A stretch of DNA of 64,000 nt from a virus. Below the pieces are notes generated by a model. The model had not been told where the DNA came from. It searched no databases and saw nothing but the letters and a program-made list of their open reading frames with translations. The stretch lies in IMG/VR virus record IMGVR_UViG_3300032435_000001; one strand, given 5' to 3'. The stretch's first letter is position 1, and each line of letters starts with the position of its first letter. Position numbers and translations under genes: made by a program. This document shows positions 61,926 to 64,000 of the stretch, piece after piece.

Positions 61926-63060
61926 GGATTTAATTAAGAATGCCCTTTTTGAAGCGTTTGTTAAACATAATTCAACTCAAGGTACTGAAAAAGTTCAGAA
62001 GGATGAAGATGAGGTTAATAAAGAGTATTACGATGAGGTTACTAAAAAAATGGCTGACTACGCTAAAACTGATGATAACGAGTTAGAAGATGGTGTGAAG
62101 ATGAATTATGAGGGTTCTGAAAAAGAATATCATGATGAAATGGAAATCAGAAATGGGCAAGAAATGCTTAAATATGACAGAGAGCCTAGCGAAACGTTCA
62201 AAGATAGAGCAAAAAAATCTTTAACTGGTGATTCAACTATGGGTAATGCAGTTAAAACTGGTAAATGGAACCCTGAAACTGGTGAGGGTAATGGTAACAC
62301 TGAATCGGTTTGGGGTGCGTCTAACGATAACTTCGGTTCTGAATTAGTAGCTACAGTAAAATCCTCTAACGATAAGCGAAATAAAGCCACAGTACCAACT
62401 ACACAATTTGGTGATGATATTGAGGTTTTACCAAAAGGAACTAAAACCGTTGGTGGTGGTAAAAAAATAGCGGTTGAAGGTGCTTCAAATGAAAAAGATA
62501 ATGTTAATGAAACATTCCATATTGGTTTCGAAGCTAATAAAGGTGATACTATCGAGATGAAGAATAAGAACGATGATAATACTTATTTAGTAACTTATGT
62601 TGATTCTGTTAACGGAATGGATAGATTTAAAGATAAGAAAGGTAATTGGGTTACAACTGATGGTATGGGTAGTAATTGGGTATTTAAAAAAATTAATAAT
62701 TTAAAAGTGATGGAAGGTATTAAAAGATTAAGATTTAAAAGTGAGTTCAACGGAGTTTCTAACGCATTAAATTTAATCCCAGAAAGTTATAAGGTTGATA
62801 ATAAAATCTTTGAAATGACTGATGGTAATGAAACTTATAGAGTTAAATGGGAAGGAAGTTTAACAGAAGGTCAGGGAATTGTTGTTTCTGGTACTAATAA
62901 AAAGTTAGTTAGTGAGGAAATGAGTAAGATGAAACATTTAATCGCTTATAGCTCATTAAATACTTTAGGTGCTGTTAAAGGTAAGGATAGGATTGATGAG
63001 AACAATAAATTAAATGAATTAATTAATAAAACTAAAGAATTAAGTAAAAACAAAAAATAG
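61918..63060 (+). CDS. Hypothetical protein, possibly internal head/core protein
   Basis: Hydrophilic; many hydrophobic-x-E sites. Confidence 0.6.
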   Translation: MDKDLIKNALFEAFVKHNSTQGTEKVQKDEDEVNKEYYDEVTKKMADYAKTDDNELEDGVKMNYEGSEKEYHDEMEIRNGQEMLKYDREPSETFKDRAKKSLTGDSTMGNAVKTGKWNPETGEGNGNTESVWGASNDNFGSELVATVKSSNDKRNKATVPTTQFGDDIEVLPKGTKTVGGGKKIAVEGASNEKDNVNETFHIGFEANKGDTIEMKNKNDDNTYLVTYVDSVNGMDRFKDKKGNWVTTDGMGSNWVFKKINNLKVMEGIKRLRFKSEFNGVSNALNLIPESYKVDNKIFEMTDGNETYRVKWEGSLTEGQGIVVSGTNKKLVSEEMSKMKHLIAYSSLNTLGAVKGKDRIDENNKLNELINKTKELSKNKK

Positions 63061-63109
63061 TTATTAAAAGGTTAAAAACCTAATTTAATAGAACTATAAT
63101 AGTTTAAAT

Positions 63110-63135
63110 AAAAACCCCTTAAATAGGGGTTTTTT
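63110..63135. terminator. Intrinsic terminator
   Basis: aaaaacccct-taaat-aggggtttttt. Confidence 0.8.
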
Positions 63136-63183
63136 CGTGTACGCTATTTATATTTCAAATGAAAATTGTAAATTATAGTAAAA

Positions 63184-63657
63184 ATGGATGAAATAGATAA
63201 AACTAAGGGTTTTCTATTAGCGTTAAATAATTCAAAAAATACACACCACATTTATAATGTTTGTAGAGATAATGGAGTTGATTTTTTAAGAGTTGATTTA
63301 TATTTGGATTTTATTTTTAGTTTAAATAAATTAACGCAAGAAACATATTTAGGTGATGACGTTTCACCACCACATATCCAAAAAATTCATTTTGATTGGG
63401 TTTGGAATCGAGTATGTGATAGTTTTACATGTGAGAATATTTATTTCCACCACAATCAAGAATTATATGAATACTTTAAGGATTTTTTTAATGAGGTTTT
63501 TTACTTTTTAGAAGAGCCTGATAAATATGATATTAAGACTAAAAAAAGTGTTGAGAGGGTGTGGAAACAATTGTTTAATTATAGAATAGATAAAACAAAA
63601 TTAGATGTGGAAATGTTTTTAATGTTATACTCAGTTTTTAATAAATCTTTTAAATAA
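63184..63657 (+). CDS. Hypothetical protein
   Basis: 157-aa ORF; TTTATA-N16-TAAATT at 63147. Confidence 0.65.
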   Translation: MDEIDKTKGFLLALNNSKNTHHIYNVCRDNGVDFLRVDLYLDFIFSLNKLTQETYLGDDVSPPHIQKIHFDWVWNRVCDSFTCENIYFHHNQELYEYFKDFFNEVFYFLEEPDKYDIKTKKSVERVWKQLFNYRIDKTKLDVEMFLMLYSVFNKSFK

Positions 63658-63706
63658 CCTTTATTTTCATTTTAAAATTGTTAAGTTTAAAATAAAATAA
63701 AAGTAA

Positions 63707-63934
63707 ATGGAAAAAATAGTTAACATAATGAATATTAAACTATCGTTAGATAGAATAACACTTGAAGGTGAGTTAGAAAATATTATTAATGGGAATTTAA
63801 GCTTAGGTTTGAAGTCAGATAATATTGACCGTGTGTTAGGTGAGTTAGCGTTAAATGAGATTAAATTTAATAAATGGGTGTTATTAACTAAAAATGCTGA
63901 GGACCCGTTAAATAACGTAAATATTAATAAATAG
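63707..63934 (+). CDS. Hypothetical protein
   Basis: 75-aa ORF; TTTATT-N16-TAAGTT at 63660. Confidence 0.6.
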   Translation: MEKIVNIMNIKLSLDRITLEGELENIINGNLSLGLKSDNIDRVLGELALNEIKFNKWVLLTKNAEDPLNNVNINK

Positions 63935-63941
63935 AAGCTTA

Positions 63942-64000
63942 ATGGTAGGATTTTTAAACAGCGTATTAATATTACTATACATATTATCAATTTTAAATTG
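63942..64000 (+). CDS. Start of a small membrane protein, truncated by the window edge (MVGFLNSVLILLYILSILN...)
   Basis: Translated by hand; ATG 7 nt after the previous stop; hydrophobic. Confidence 0.5.
   Translation, partial: MVGFLNSVLILLYILSILN

Overview
AT-rich, gene-dense fragment of a large T4-like (contractile-tail, probably jumbo) phage genome. All convincing genes but one lie on the + strand, and the genetic code is standard. The host is probably Bacteroidota (Flavobacteria-like): there are TAnnTTTG promoters, A-rich leaders without Shine-Dalgarno sites, a Bacteroidota-type sigma70 and SprB repeats. Gene order: tape measure C-terminus, AT-only repeat tract, baseplate/hub genes carrying OmpA, LysM, murein-endopeptidase and lysozyme modules, ssb, recA/uvsX, 5'-3' exonuclease, dnaB, nrdB, nrdA, a long baseplate/tail-fibre block, RuvC-like resolvase, primase, PD-(D/E)xK exonuclease, sbcD/sbcC (gp47/gp46), sigma70, a putative lysis/envelope block and putative internal head proteins. 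The main result is four inteins in replication/recombination genes. Two are naturally split, and one of these is an atypically split intein with a 29-aa N-fragment that cuts the SbcC/Rad50 Walker A motif across two genes. The other two are class 3 (non-Cys/Ser start) inteins with decaying LAGLIDADG domains. DnaB needs both cis- and trans-splicing. Three promoter classes can be read from the intergenic DNA. All functional calls come from visual motif recognition; no searches were run.
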